A stretch of DNA of 64,000 nucleotides, from assembly GCF_018350175.1 (NCBI RefSeq), contig NC_058368.1, positions 11,656,001 to 11,720,000 on the forward strand. Reading direction: 5' to 3'. Below the pieces are notes generated by a model that saw only the letters and a program-made list of their open reading frames with translations, had not been told where the DNA came from and did not search any database. Numbering within the stretch: position 1 is the first letter of the stretch; each line of letters begins with the position of its first letter. A program made the position numbers and the translations under genes. Shown here piece by piece: positions 40,579 to 53,224 of this stretch. Source of the stretch: Felis catus. Lineage: Eukaryota.

Positions 40579-42905
40579 TGTATTAGTTTGGTAAGGCTAT
40601 GACAAAGTACCACAGACTGGGTGGCTTAATCAACAGAAATTTATTTTCTCAGAATTCTGGAGGTTTTGAGTCTGAGAATGAAGTGTCAGCAGGGTTGTTT
40701 TCTTCTAAGGCCTCTCTCCTTGGCTGGCAGATGGCTGTCTTCCTCCAGTGTCTTCATATGGTCTTCCTTTCTGTGTGTCTGTGTCCTAATATCCTCTTTT
40801 TATAAGGACACCAGTCATATTAAATTAGAGCTCATCCATATGACCATATTTTATCTTAATTACCTCTTTAAAGGCCCTATCTCCAAATATAGTTACCTTC
40901 TGAGGTACTGGGTATTAGGAGTCCAGCATATAATTTTGAGGGAACTTAAGTCAGCCAATAACACTCTACCGTCTCCATAATTCATGTTCTTCTCATCACA
41001 AAATATATTCACGTCATCCCAACAGCCCCCCAAGTCTAAATTCATTCCAGCATCAACTCTAATAAGTCATCTAAATATCATTTACATCAGGTATGGGTGG
41101 ACCTGAGTTGTGATTCACCCTGAGGTAAAATTCCTCTCCAACTGTGAACTGTGAACCTAGTTAAGTTACCTGCTTTCAAAATACAATGGTGGGACAGGCA
41201 TAGGATAGACATTCTCATTCCAAAAGGGAAAAATCAGAAAGAAAGGGGTAATGGTTCCCAAACAAGTTCAAAAACTAGCAAGGCAAATTCCATTAGATTT
41301 TAAGGCTAAAGAATAATTATTCTTTGGCTCCATACTCTGTCCCCTGGGCCCCCTGGGCTGGAGGCCCTGCCTTTCTGGCCCACAAGTGCGGTAGCCCTAC
41401 GTCCTCAGGCTTGGGGCTCCGATCCCATGATGGCAGTGGCAGCCCTGGCGGCAGCCTCTGAACAACATTTAGGGACATTCTTCTATGTTCTTGAAGGATA
41501 ACACATGATCACAACCATGAGGACAACACAGGATCACAGCCAGCCGGTTCTACTGACTTATGGAAACCCAGAAGTCTGAGCACTTCCCCTCATTTCATTC
41601 TGTTTCATCCTTTCGGTCCAAGCTGTTAGGGTTTCTGCTAGCATTACTTCAGCTCTAGTTCTGCTGAGACAACTTAATGCATCCATAAGTCACATGCCTG
41701 TATTCTCTTTAGCAAATAGTTGTTTAGCAACAACCTTGATGTTGTCTCGAGAACACATACTTTCTAAGTCTTCATAATAAGCACAGGCTGAGAACTTTTC
41801 ACACAAGTTTGGTTCCTTTTTGCTTAACAATTCCTTCCTCAATTTCTCTCTCTTGCATTTTACTATAAGCAAGGAGAAACCAGGCTGTGCTCTTACACTT
41901 TGCTTAGAACTCTCAGCTAAAATGGGGCGCCTGGGTGGTTCAGTTGAGCGTCCAACTTCGCTCAGGTCATGATCTCATGGTTGGTGGGTTTGAGCCCTGT
42001 GTCGGGCTCTGTGCTGACAACTTGGAGCCTGGAGCCCGCTTCAGATTCTGTGTCCCCCTCTCACTCTCTGACCCTCCTCTGCTCTCTCTCTCTCAAAAAA
42101 TAAACATAAAAAAAAAAAAAAAAAGAACTCTCAGCTAAAATATTCAAGTTCATTATACAAGTTCTATTTTCCACAAAACACTGGAATACAGTTCAGTCAG
42201 TTCTTTGCCACATTCTAACAAGATCACCTTTTGTCCATTCTCCAATAACACTTCCATCTGAGGCTTCACCAAAACATCTTTCACATTTCTACCAACATTC
42301 TGTTCATGAGCACGTATGTGTATCTAAGACAACAGAAGCCATTTCAATAGCTCTTTCTTTTCATGGCCCTTACCAGAATCACCTTTAACGTCCACATTTC
42401 TACCCACAATCTCCTGGGGCAACCTTGGCTTTCTCTAAAATGCACCTCAAAATTCTTCAAACCTCTACCATACCCAGTTCCAAAGCTACTCCAATATTTC
42501 TATGTATTTGTTAAAGCAGCATACCAATTCTCAATACAAAAATCTATTGTTAGTTTGCCAAATCTACAAGGTACCACAGATTGGGTGGCTTAAATAGCAA
42601 AAATTAATTTTCCCACAATTCTGGAGGTTAGAATTCCAAGATCAGGATTGTTTTCTTCAAAGGTCTCTCTTGTTGCCTTTTAAGGTTGGCTGGCTGTGTC
42701 TTCACAAGGTCTTCCCTTTGTGTGCATTTTATCCTAATTTCTTCTTATAAGTACACCGGTCATATTTGATTTGGGCCCAACCCATATGATCTCATTTTAT
42801 TTTAATTACCTTTAAATGCCCTGTATCCAAAGAGTCACATTCTAGGTACTGGGGATGAGGACTTCAACACATGAACTTTGAGGAGACACAATTCAGCCCA
42901 TAATG
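40579..42905 (-). mobile_element. Two-LTR MaLR element (MLT1A/B-like LTR, internal region, LTR)
   Basis: Two homologous direct LTRs (40579-40963 and ~42545-42905) share gtaccacaga.tgggtggcttaa, ttctggagg and tcagcc.ataa. The internal region is MaLR-like (ttcaaaatacaatggtgggacaggcatagg). Confidence 0.85.
41924..42123 (+). mobile_element. Can-SINE inside the MaLR internal region
   Basis: 18-bp TSD agaactctcagctaaaat. Confidence 0.93.
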
Positions 42906-42919
42906 GGCTGACAACCACT

Positions 42920-44250
42920 CATATTCACTTATTTTATGAATACTGAATATCACTTTTTCCTAGCCACTGTGCTAGCTGATGACTATGTAATGGTAAGCAA
43001 AACAGATATAAAGACGCGCTCAAAATCTCTGATTTAAAAATAATGAGTGGAAACAATCATCTACTCATACAAATTGGTAAAGAAAAAGTACATGAGAACA
43101 TATAACATGTATTTTGGACCCCACCAAGCCTGCTATGTCCAAAATGGCTTCCTTGAAGAGCTCAAATCTGAAGGATGAGTATGGAGGGGGGGGGGGGTGT
43201 GCACACAGAACTCTCCAGGAAGGGAAACTGAACAGCACAGTCAAGGAACTGAGAGGTGGTCAGTAGGGCTGGAATACAGAAAGTAAGAAGAGTAATAAAA
43301 CATGAGGTTGGATAGGAAGGTAGGGGTCACATCACCCAGGGTCTTTAGCCTAACAGCAATGGAAAGCATCTGAAAAGTTTTACATGTGATTATATTTTCT
43401 TTTTACAAAGATCACTCAGGCAAGGTAGGTGCTGGTAATGTTCTATTTCTTGAGCAGAACTCTGGTTACATAGATATGTTCACTTTGTGAAATTTTGAGC
43501 TGTATGCTTATAATTTAAGTACTTTTCCATATGTCCATTATACTTTAGTCTGGTTAGACTGTGCAAAGAAAGGGTAGAACAGAGCAAGTACTGATGTGGG
43601 GACGCTAGTCTCAGTAAGAGATAAACCAGATGATAATTCAAACTAGAAAGATGGCAGTCAAAAATGGAGAGAGAGATTCAAAAGGTATTTTTTAAGTGAC
43701 AAAATCCACAGACCCTGGTTGATGAACTGAATATGAAGAGGGAAAGGAAGCATTAAAGAAGACTCCCAAGTTTCTGGCTTGCAGAAATGGATGGTAGATT
43801 GATTCACTATGCAAGGAAATCCTAGAAATCCAGAGATGGGAGAAAAGATCACTGCTCAATCTTTCAAGACGATCACTGCTCATCTTATTAGCAGAAATAT
43901 CAGGTAGGCAGTTAAGTAAACAGTCAAAGGACTCAAAGGACAGGTCTGTAGAAAATACACTTGGGGATCAATATTGTTAATACAGAAGCAGTGGGTACAC
44001 CATCCTTCAGCCAATATTTAACGAGCTCCTATAGTATTACAGGCACTGGTTTAGATTCTGTGGATATAGCTGTGGACAAAATAAACAAGTTCTCTTGGGA
44101 CTTACATTCTTGTTCAGGAAGACCCTCAACAAACCAGTACCAAATAAGGTAACTTCAATTACTAGTAAGTACCATGATGAAGACAAAACAGGACAATGTA
44201 ATAAGAGTGACAGGGATGGGGCTATTTCACATTAGATTGGAATAGTCAGG
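42920..44250 (-). mobile_element. Degraded L2 fragments
   Basis: aagaagactcccaagtttctggcttgc...ggatggtag and caaatatttaacgagctcctatagtattacaggcactg resemble reverse L2. Confidence 0.6.
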
Positions 44251-44675
44251 GAAAGTTTATATTAATTTTTTTTTGAATTATAGATTAGTTGCTCTGTTGA
44301 TAAAACTACAGGGCAGCGAAGAAAAAAGTGAGACTACTATGTCCAAGTAAGAAATGATGAAATCTCCTAGGGAAAGCGAAGAGTAAGAACAGAAGGTGGT
44401 CTAGAACTAAAACTGAAAAGAATTTGGAAAAATAAAAACCAAGAAAGGCAGCAAATGAGACCGAGAAGTATGCAGAGATAGGAACAAAAACCTCATCAGG
44501 GAAAAATATTTTAAGGAAAAAAGTGATCGAGTCAAATGCTTGCTGAGTCATCGTATGGGAACTGAAAAAGGCTCATCAACACAGAGGAACATTCTGGAAA
44601 CCTTAAAATCTAAAATGGTAGAGGAAGAAGCTAAAACGGGAATGGGCTGAATAGTATCAAACGCAGCTGAGGGGA

Positions 44676-44898
44676 GGGTGCCTGGGTGGCTCAATCGGTT
44701 AAGCATCGACTCTTGATTTCAGCTCAGGTCAGGGTCTCATGGCTCAGTGGTTCAGTTTGTGAGATCCAGCACCTTCTGCGGTCCTGCTCTGAGGCTAACA
44801 GCACAGAGTTGGCTTGGGGTTCTCTCTCTCTGCCCCTGCCCTCCCTGCTCACATGCTCACTGTCTCTCTCAGAATAAACAAACATTAAAAAAAAAAAA
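44676..44898 (+). mobile_element. Can-SINE
   Basis: gggtgcctgggtggctcaatcggttaagc head; A tail. Confidence 0.9.
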
Positions 44899-45293
44899 TG
44901 GTTGAAGGGAACATGACAATAGGTGTGCACAGTTCTTTAGAGGAGTCTGGCTATAAAGAAGTGGTGACAATAAAGAGGGGCTTTAAGAGATGAGACCTGA
45001 CCACGTCTGAATGTGGATTTAAGGAAAGAAAGCAAGATTGAAATTACAGAGAGAAGGAATAATTGTCAACATATAAAGATTCCTGAAAGTAGTTAAGAGA
45101 TGTAATCCAGACTACAGGTATACTTATTTACCTTAGATTGGAGGAGGGCTACCCTCTCCACTGAAATAGAAGAGAGAATGGAAGTAGAACTCAGACTGCC
45201 CGACTCTTGCAATGATGTGTTCTTTCCACTAAAATCATGCCATAAATATTCTGAAAAGTGTTCTAAGTAGGACAACAAACCAAAAAAAGAAAA

Positions 45294-45488
45294 GTTTTTT
45301 TTAATGTTTATTTATTTTTGAAGGTGGGGGAAGGAGGGAGACAACAGAGGATCTGAAGCAGGCTCTGTGCTGAGAGGAGAGAGAAGTGAGGTCCAAACAT
45401 GGGGCCCAAACTCACAAACTATGAGATCATGACCCGAGCCAAAATCAAGAGTCATAGGCTTAACTGACTGAGCCACTCAGGCGCCCCT
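45294..45488 (-). mobile_element. Can-SINE
   Basis: Reverse head gactgagccactcaggcgcccc. Confidence 0.88.
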
Positions 45489-46540
45489 GATTTTTTTTTT
45501 TTTCTAATTAGACTTAGGATCACAGTGCTTCAGAAGAAGGGCTCTGAAAAATGACTTTAGGACAAATACCTGAAGTATTTTTCACAGGTTGTCTAAGAAT
45601 TCTGCAAAGGGTTAAAGCAAAAAGCAAGAGAATAATCTCTAAATGACCCTAAAAGAAATGGATAATCAAAAGCCTCAAGGTTGCCTTATTTATCTGTATT
45701 CTAGGATTTAGTTTCTTGATCATAAATCACAAATCTAAAGACCACTGGTACAAAATCCAAAACAAAAGGCTCTGATGGCACCAGATGCACCAAGTGAAGT
45801 GGAAGAGGACTCCTCCCTGCTGGTCTGCACACTCTGGTCCTAGCAAGCAGCAAATCCAACTAATTCACACTCCAGCTCCAGGTTTCCTAAATTACAAACT
45901 ACCCTGTAAATTACTCTACTTAGACCAATGTGTCCTTGATATCAAAAGGTAGTTTTAGGAAGGATACTCAACAAATATTTTATTGACTCTTTTTAAAGGA
46001 CAAAGATCCAAAGACCCAGTAGTGACCAAAGATGACAAGGAAGACCCCGTTTCATGGCATTTAGGGTACAAGATCATCTTTCTTCATAGCTTGGGCTCTA
46101 TTGGTTCTTAAAAAGCAAAGGGAAGATAAGGAGGGAGAATACCACTTTGGACCACTAGCCTATCCTTCTAGCCTTAACAATTTCTTTCCTAGCATTCCCC
46201 AGAATTTTTTTTAAAAGCTGTTTTTTTTCTCATTAATTTTTAATGAAGTCAAAATGACTAGCCCAGGCCCCTACCACATTTCCTGTACATACTTCAATTT
46301 ACTTACATTTGAATTGAAATGTTTTAACTACATCTTTGCTAGTATTACATTGTACTATATTTCAATAACCTCAATTCCACAATATACTGCTTTCTAGGTC
46401 CTGAACTGAAAACTAATTTAATCTATTAATGAAATCAATGCTCTTCCTGTTTCCATGAAGTCTTTCTTGTTCTAACAAAACTTCTACCTCTGATAAAATA
46501 AAAAATAAACATATCACAATCTGAAGATTAAAAAAAACCA

Positions 46541-46760
46541 GGGGCGCCTGGGTGGCGCAGTCGGTTAAGCGTCCGACTTCAGCCAGGTCACGATCTCGCG
46601 GTCCGTGAGTTCGAGCCCCGCGTCAGGCTCTGGGCTGATGGCTCGGAGCCTGGAGCCTGTTTCTGATTCTGTGTCTCCCTCTCTCTCTGCCCCTCCCCCG
46701 TTCATGCTCTGTCCCAAAAATAAATAAAAAACGTTGAAAAAAAAATTAAAAAAAAAAAAG
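46541..46760 (+). mobile_element. Young felid Can-SINE
   Basis: CpG-intact body; TSD aaaaacca. Confidence 0.95.
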
Positions 46761-46799
46761 AAAAACCAAACAAGATCCAGTCCTTCTATTTAAGTTAAC

Positions 46800-49700
46800 T
46801 AAAACAAAATAAGGCAATAATCAAGTTAGAATTCTTCATTCCATACTTAAAGGTTTTCCTTGGAGAATCTAATTAACTCAAGATATTAGTTATATAGTAA
46901 ACTTAAGTAATTGCCTCTTCTACTGTTCTTTAATTTTGGAGAATTAAACAACACAGAAGAAAATGCTATTTCAAAAGACAGAAATGCTTAATTTTTCAGA
47001 AATTCAAAAAACTGATGTAATTGCCATAATATCTACTACTACAGCACACTCAGTAATAAGTGAACAGTTAAAGAAAAATCAATTAAGACCACTTACACAT
47101 AGTGTTGACCTTTTCTGGGAAACATTGCCTCAAACTTAATCAGTGTAACAAACAGCTTATGTAATTTAACAATCCATTTATTGAATACTACACACTTCAC
47201 AAGCTCATTGATATTAGAAATTAAATTTTAAGCATTAAAGCACAACAGCATATGTAAAAATTCAATTGCAAAGATGTTGCTGAAACATGATTATCAATTA
47301 TATCAATGTATATCTTATAGAAAATATTAAATACTAAATGGTATCTTACTTGTAATCTTGACTCTTAAAAATAGCACTGTAGATAAATGGCCACTTACAG
47401 GTTTCTTTACTCACTTTTGTTGATAAATCAACATACCTTCAATCCTACAAATTCAAAGGTACCATTAAAGATGTATTCAATGCTTCACCGGAATTTCTTT
47501 CCTACCTTAAAAAAAAAAAACCCTAAATTTATAATATTTTTTTAAAAGAAGGCTGTGTTTAAAAGATAAAATGGGATATAGTAAGGAATATGCCTGACCT
47601 AGATTTTGATCCCAGTTATCTCTCTCCCTAGGGAAATTATGTTGGCTAAGTTGCATAACCTCTGATAAGTTTTTGTTTCTTCTTCATAAAACCCTTGTAG
47701 GACTGTTATGAAAACTTGAGAGACTGTTAACAATCACATTTACAACACAGCCTGGCATTGACAGGCATTAAATAAATGGCAGCTGCTTAAATGAACATTA
47801 TATTAAGACTTATTGCTATTCAATTCCTGTTGTTCATTGTAGCAGCACTGCCCTATATGAAGATCCACTTGTAGAGGTCAAACTCAAAATACCTATCAAC
47901 TTTCCTTCGAAATCACTCAGTTCTTTAATAAAGGTGGACTGCAGAATCATGATGTAATAGTGAATTCTACAATACTGAATTCCCAACTACTACTTACCAA
48001 CAAGTCTATCATCATGATGCTTAAGTGTTATAAAATACTTTTTCTCAAATTCAAACATCCAAGTCCTATGCCATGTTTATGGGATTCTTAACCATGAGTA
48101 ACCATTGGTAGACTTTTACAAATCTTTCCAAGGATTTTCATATCTAAGTTCTAACTAAACACCAGGGTCAGGAAACTTAACTGCAAAGCTGTTGGTCTAT
48201 AAATATAACATGGTGAAGTAAGTTTCATAAGGAACAATGAGTTCAGTAAAACATAGGAGGGGAAAAAGTTACCTCCATTTTTGTCAGCCACTTACCATCC
48301 CATCATCTTCATTAAAAATGTTATGAAGTTACACAAGGATAGCTGAGCAGAAAATGGACAGAAAATGTGTATGGGAAAAGACTATGAAAGAAACAAGAAA
48401 CACAATTTCTAATACTAACAAGACAGAAAAAAAAAACAAAAAGAAAAAAGAATAAAGGCAGAGGAAAAACCCACAATCCCGTCCCAAAATCAAATTTCAT
48501 TTTGTTATATTAAGAAACTGAAGAGTTCAGAATTACAACTGAAGAGATAGTACGAAGTTGTACAACTGCAATAAATAGTTGTAGATGAACTACCCCAAAG
48601 CGCAAAGCTTTGGATTTATATGTCCTGAGAATGCAGTTAGAACTGCAAAACAAGAAAATAATCTACATAAAGTTATTTCAATGGACTCTACTGAACTTGC
48701 ATGCAATTTTAACCATGAATGAACAGATTATTCTTACTTTTTTCCTTTAGTCACTAATAAAGTTCAGAGGCAAAAAGCCCCTGTGTCATCTTAAAAATCT
48801 CTCAATCTTCCCATTAATTTACAAAAAGTTCAATTAAAAAAAAAAAAAAAAAAAACAAACACTGAAATATTTACAACTGGACAACACTCCCAGATAAAGT
48901 CTTCAGTTACTCACCAAAGCAGGTACAATGCTTCTTAATGTGACTGGGTCTAGTTCTAAGACTAGGAGTCAAACTATAACTGTGTCCATACTAAATAATC
49001 TATTTTATTCATACTTAAGACAGCCTACTGACATTAATGGGCTCTACACTGGGAAGTATATTATAGTATGTGATTACTGCAGTCATCACACCTGGAACAT
49101 GACACGGTTATCCAGAAAACAAAATTTGTTTGGAAAAAGTAGAAGATTATTTCTAATCTAAATCACTAAAATAAACTACTATTAAATGTATCAAGAAGTC
49201 AAAACTTTCCAATAGACACAGCCCTAGCTTGAGGTTCTTTCTTCAAAAAGTTATTTGGGCTACTCTTTCCCTTTGTTTCTGTGTGTACGGTGATAATGCA
49301 CTAAGAATTTCCACAGGAGATATATTAAAAATTCAGCTTACAAATGTATATTCTATTACAAAAATTATGTCCTTTACTATAGCCTAAATAAAGATAGTGA
49401 GGTAAATGACAGCCATTCTATTACAAGTTTTTGCAAAAATCATAATTATAAACATCTTAAGTCTTGCTCTGCAATTTATAAAACATGCAAAAAAATGAAA
49501 ATTTTTTAGACTCAGGACACTTAGCAGTTTGAATCAGCTGAACTGATTTAAATGTTTCTTTGCAATGTAAAAAAAAGGAATCAAAAGACACAGGAGAAAA
49601 TCAAGAGTCACTCCTCCTTGAAGACCTAGTTCAACAAACTTAATAGTACTTTTTACCATTCTAAGGCTATTTTAAGGAAAAATCTGATATACAAATAAGG

Positions 49701-52700
49701 AGGCCAATTAGTTTAACAGTAACCTTAATTTTAAAAATAAAATAAAAATTGGCATGCCAATTTTAATCAGTAAAGAGAAAGAAAACCATTACCAAAGAAG
49801 ATATTCATTAATCCCTTAATATAATCCCACCTTTCTCTGTAAATTCACAAGAATTACAGCTAACAATTTTAGTGAAAAAAAAACTTTTATTAACCTATAA
49901 AATTGATCTTCAAAAACCAGTAACTCAACCTGCTTTTTCTGCTACCACCAAATACTTATTCTGACTGATCATTGTAACAAAAGTAAACAATACTTTGTCA
50001 TGATTCTAGATTAAGGTGTTACTCTATGTATATGGGTTGCAAATGTTAAAAACATACACACACAAATCTTCAGCCCTAATAATGAATTCTCAGTGACTGC
50101 ATTCATGTTAGAATACTACATAAAACTTCAATGAAGACAACGAAACCATCCAGTCAAGGCACTAATGTATTAACAACATTTCTTCAACATTTTCTGAAGA
50201 GAACACCAGCAATTTTCTTTATAAATACTTAAAAAAAACTAGACTCAGAAAATCAGATATTTCTGCAATAACAAAAACTAGAATTTGGTCAAAACAAGTA
50301 TCTCACGTCCTTTGAAATCATGAATTCTTTCAAAACTTACCTATACATAAAACTAGAAAATTCCACAATCTATATTAGACAAGAAATCAGCAAACTTCAA
50401 ATACTTAAATCCACCCTATTGCTCCAACAGAACACAACCCAATCTTTTGTAAACAATCTTACTTTAAAACAGACATAAAATATAAAAAAGTTAACATTTC
50501 TTTTGAAAAGTGAACACTGAAAATAAAGATTACCTACCTAAAAAGCAGTACCAGAATTTTGACTGAATTACCACATAAGTATTTTTGTTAGCAGGATTAT
50601 GACATATAGAAAATTATAAATCTGCTTATTAAAAGGAAAAGCATTTTTACACCAAGCCTATGAAAAAACAAAGCTGCATTCTGTGTAACTAAATGTATTT
50701 TACCTTATTTAAATATGAGGACCAATGCCTCCTTTATTCTTTGGGATAGAGACCTACTACTCATAGCATAGCAACTGGGGGCTATTCCATTAAGAATATA
50801 ACTGAATTAAAAAAAAAAAATATCTGAATAGAAGAGAAATTTTGATGAAAATATTTAATCAGTAAATTTCATATTTTTATAGATTTTTAACATCAAAGCA
50901 ATGACTTCTAATAGTGACTACGGTATCTTTTATTGCATATTCATAGCTCGTTCTGTTATTGTTCAAATAATAAAAAAATTAGCCAGAATGCTAAGGGGGG
51001 AACTACTGATTTAATATGCTTAGTGGAACTATTAAATTAATTTTGTCTTTAAAAAAAAAAACAAAAAAACTTCAAAGTCTTTCAGAATTTAATTCTCCTG
51101 CCTCAATATGGATCTATAATTTAAAAAATCAGCAATGATTAATGATCTCTACATGATTATTTAAGTACTCAGAAGTACTAAAAGATGAAATTGATCCATT
51201 ATAAAATCTGGAAATTTATTTCAGGCTACTAACATGAACATACTTCCTTATAACAATAATCTTTCAAAGGCAATTCTCTAATTCCTTGAAAATGTGCTTA
51301 ACAGATATTAAGCATCTATTAATCAAAATCTATAGATTCACAGCACTATTCCTCTCAACAGTTTTATAAAGACAGAAGGAAAGGAACACATAGTATATAT
51401 ATCTAACAGATTTTTCATCTGTCCCCAAATTAAATTCTTCTGTACTATTCTCAAAATGTGCTAACTTACATGATAAATAAAATAATGGGAAACGCAAGCC
51501 CAAATACTAAGAAGTGTTACCCTTAAATAAAAAAAAATACGTGAAAATACTGGATGAAGAAAATGTGTATATATATAAATATATATACATTTACACACAA
51601 AACATGGGTTAGCATATTCCTACTATATCACATTTAGTTAAGATGAACAAATACATACAAACACACGTGTTAAACAAAATAGAGCAAGATAATATTCAAA
51701 TGTAAACAGCACTGAATAGTACAAATAAATAGAAATCATATTCTTATCTCACAAAGGGCAATGTAAAACAGACCTTGTTGAGAGTGCTATATTTAGTTTT
51801 GTGCCTTGCACTTAGTATTACTTAAAAAGTAATATATAGATGTGGGACAACATTTAAAGTAAAGTTGAAAAGAACAGCAAATGCTTTTAAACAACATATA
51901 AAGGCAGATTATTAGGTTCAGGATGGGCTGGTTTAGGAGTCAGTTAATGGACCATGAAATATTATGTAAAACATTTGAAGGATCAAAACATTATTTTTTA
52001 AAAAGCATGTAATTAGCTGGGGTTTTTTCCTAAAAAAAGAGCAAACCAAAGATTAGGATGAATTACAAAATCTCTGAAATGAATTCCATCTCAGGTTTTA
52101 AATTTTAAGTGACAGAACACAATCTAACAAAGAAAACTCTCCAGTGAGACATCTAGTTGGCCTACAGAAAAATTAAAACCAGAAGAAATAAAATATCCTA
52201 CAGGACAAATCTTCTCACAATTAATGCTAAGACCTGTCCAAAAAATTTTAATATTAGAATTACACTGTGTTAAATTAAATAGAGAAAAGTGATTTATTAT
52301 CAGAATAACCTGAAGAGCTTTTTCTAAATATACAGTGATTTCCCTATTTATCCACTCCAGAATTGGGGAGTGTGAAGGGGCAGGGCAATGGTTTGAGAAG
52401 AGTGATGAATATGTATATGATATATTATGAATATGTACATTGTGGAGAAAACCACCCAGGTGGTTGACATACCTACTGCTATATAGTATTTAATGGAGAA
52501 TTTAAGCAATATGCTCTAATTAGCTTATAAATATTTTTGTCACACAGACGAATCTGCAGAAACATAATTTTACCTGTGTACTGAATAGGGGAATCAACTG
52601 AGGTGCCTATAAAAAGTTAGTATTTCTTACATATTTAAATGTAGGAAAGGTAGTTAAGAAAAATTACTAGCATTTTATGCAAAGTTAGATTTAGATATGA

Positions 52701-53022
52701 GCTATAAAACTGTTCAACATTATCTACAAAATAGCTAAAATTAGTTTAAAATTCAGTTGTAGAAAAACCATTCTAGGTCCTACCCACACTACTCAGATAT
52801 TTTCATAATAACCAAGGGAATTACAACAAAAAAACTATAAAAACATTTAAAAAACCATTTTATATAATTTTTATTTACACCTTAGGATTTAAACAACTTG
52901 CTGGGAACATCCCTTGTGGGACAACGTAGTCTTTTTTTATTTGAAACTATTTAAACTTCAAGATAGGCTCACTAATTTTTTTCAAGGGCAAGCAACAAAT
53001 GTGTTAGCTGAAAATAGCCAAC
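46800..53022 (-). other. N4BP2L2: Probable long 3' UTR region of the short isoform (3' end not defined)
   Basis: Directly follows the TAA. AT-rich and free of recognisable Can-SINE/L1 for about 6 kb. Several minus-strand AATAAA (tttatt on +, e.g. ~52293, ~51215, ~50929, ~50733, ~47177). Confidence 0.5.
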
Positions 53023-53224
53023 TTAATGATTATTTGTAACACAGACTTGATTAGGTGAGCCTAGAGATCCTCCCCACCTCTGTCTCCCCTGTGAAGGAGG
53101 AGGTCTTTGTGTGCTTTTGTGTGGCGGTTCCACTGAATTCATTACAATAGAGATGGACATTTCGTATTCGTAACGATCCAACATCTGAGCAATCTTCTTT
53201 CGAGATACACCATGTTTATTCCTC
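53023..53224 (-). CDS. N4BP2L2: N4BP2L2 composite exon: terminal CDS of the short isoform (TAA at 53023-53025); 53078-53224 serves as an internal exon of the long isoform
   Basis: Acceptor ttctttttggtag. Encodes RNKHGVSRKKIAQMLDRYEYEMSISIVMNSVEPPHKSTQRPPPSQGRQRWGGSLGSPNQVCVTNNH*. Internal donor CAGAG|gtgggg at 53078/53077 is phase-compatible with the acceptor at 7612. Confidence 0.93.

Noticed and set aside
22197..43884. Scattered short direct duplications (~22197, ~26945, ~35747, ~43847)
   Set aside because: Ordinary 12-25 bp slippage events with no shared motif.
48296..48381. Exon-like segment with good acceptor and ATG|gtaagt donor
   Set aside because: One of several chance-level splice matches in AT-rich UTR/intron; no coding support.
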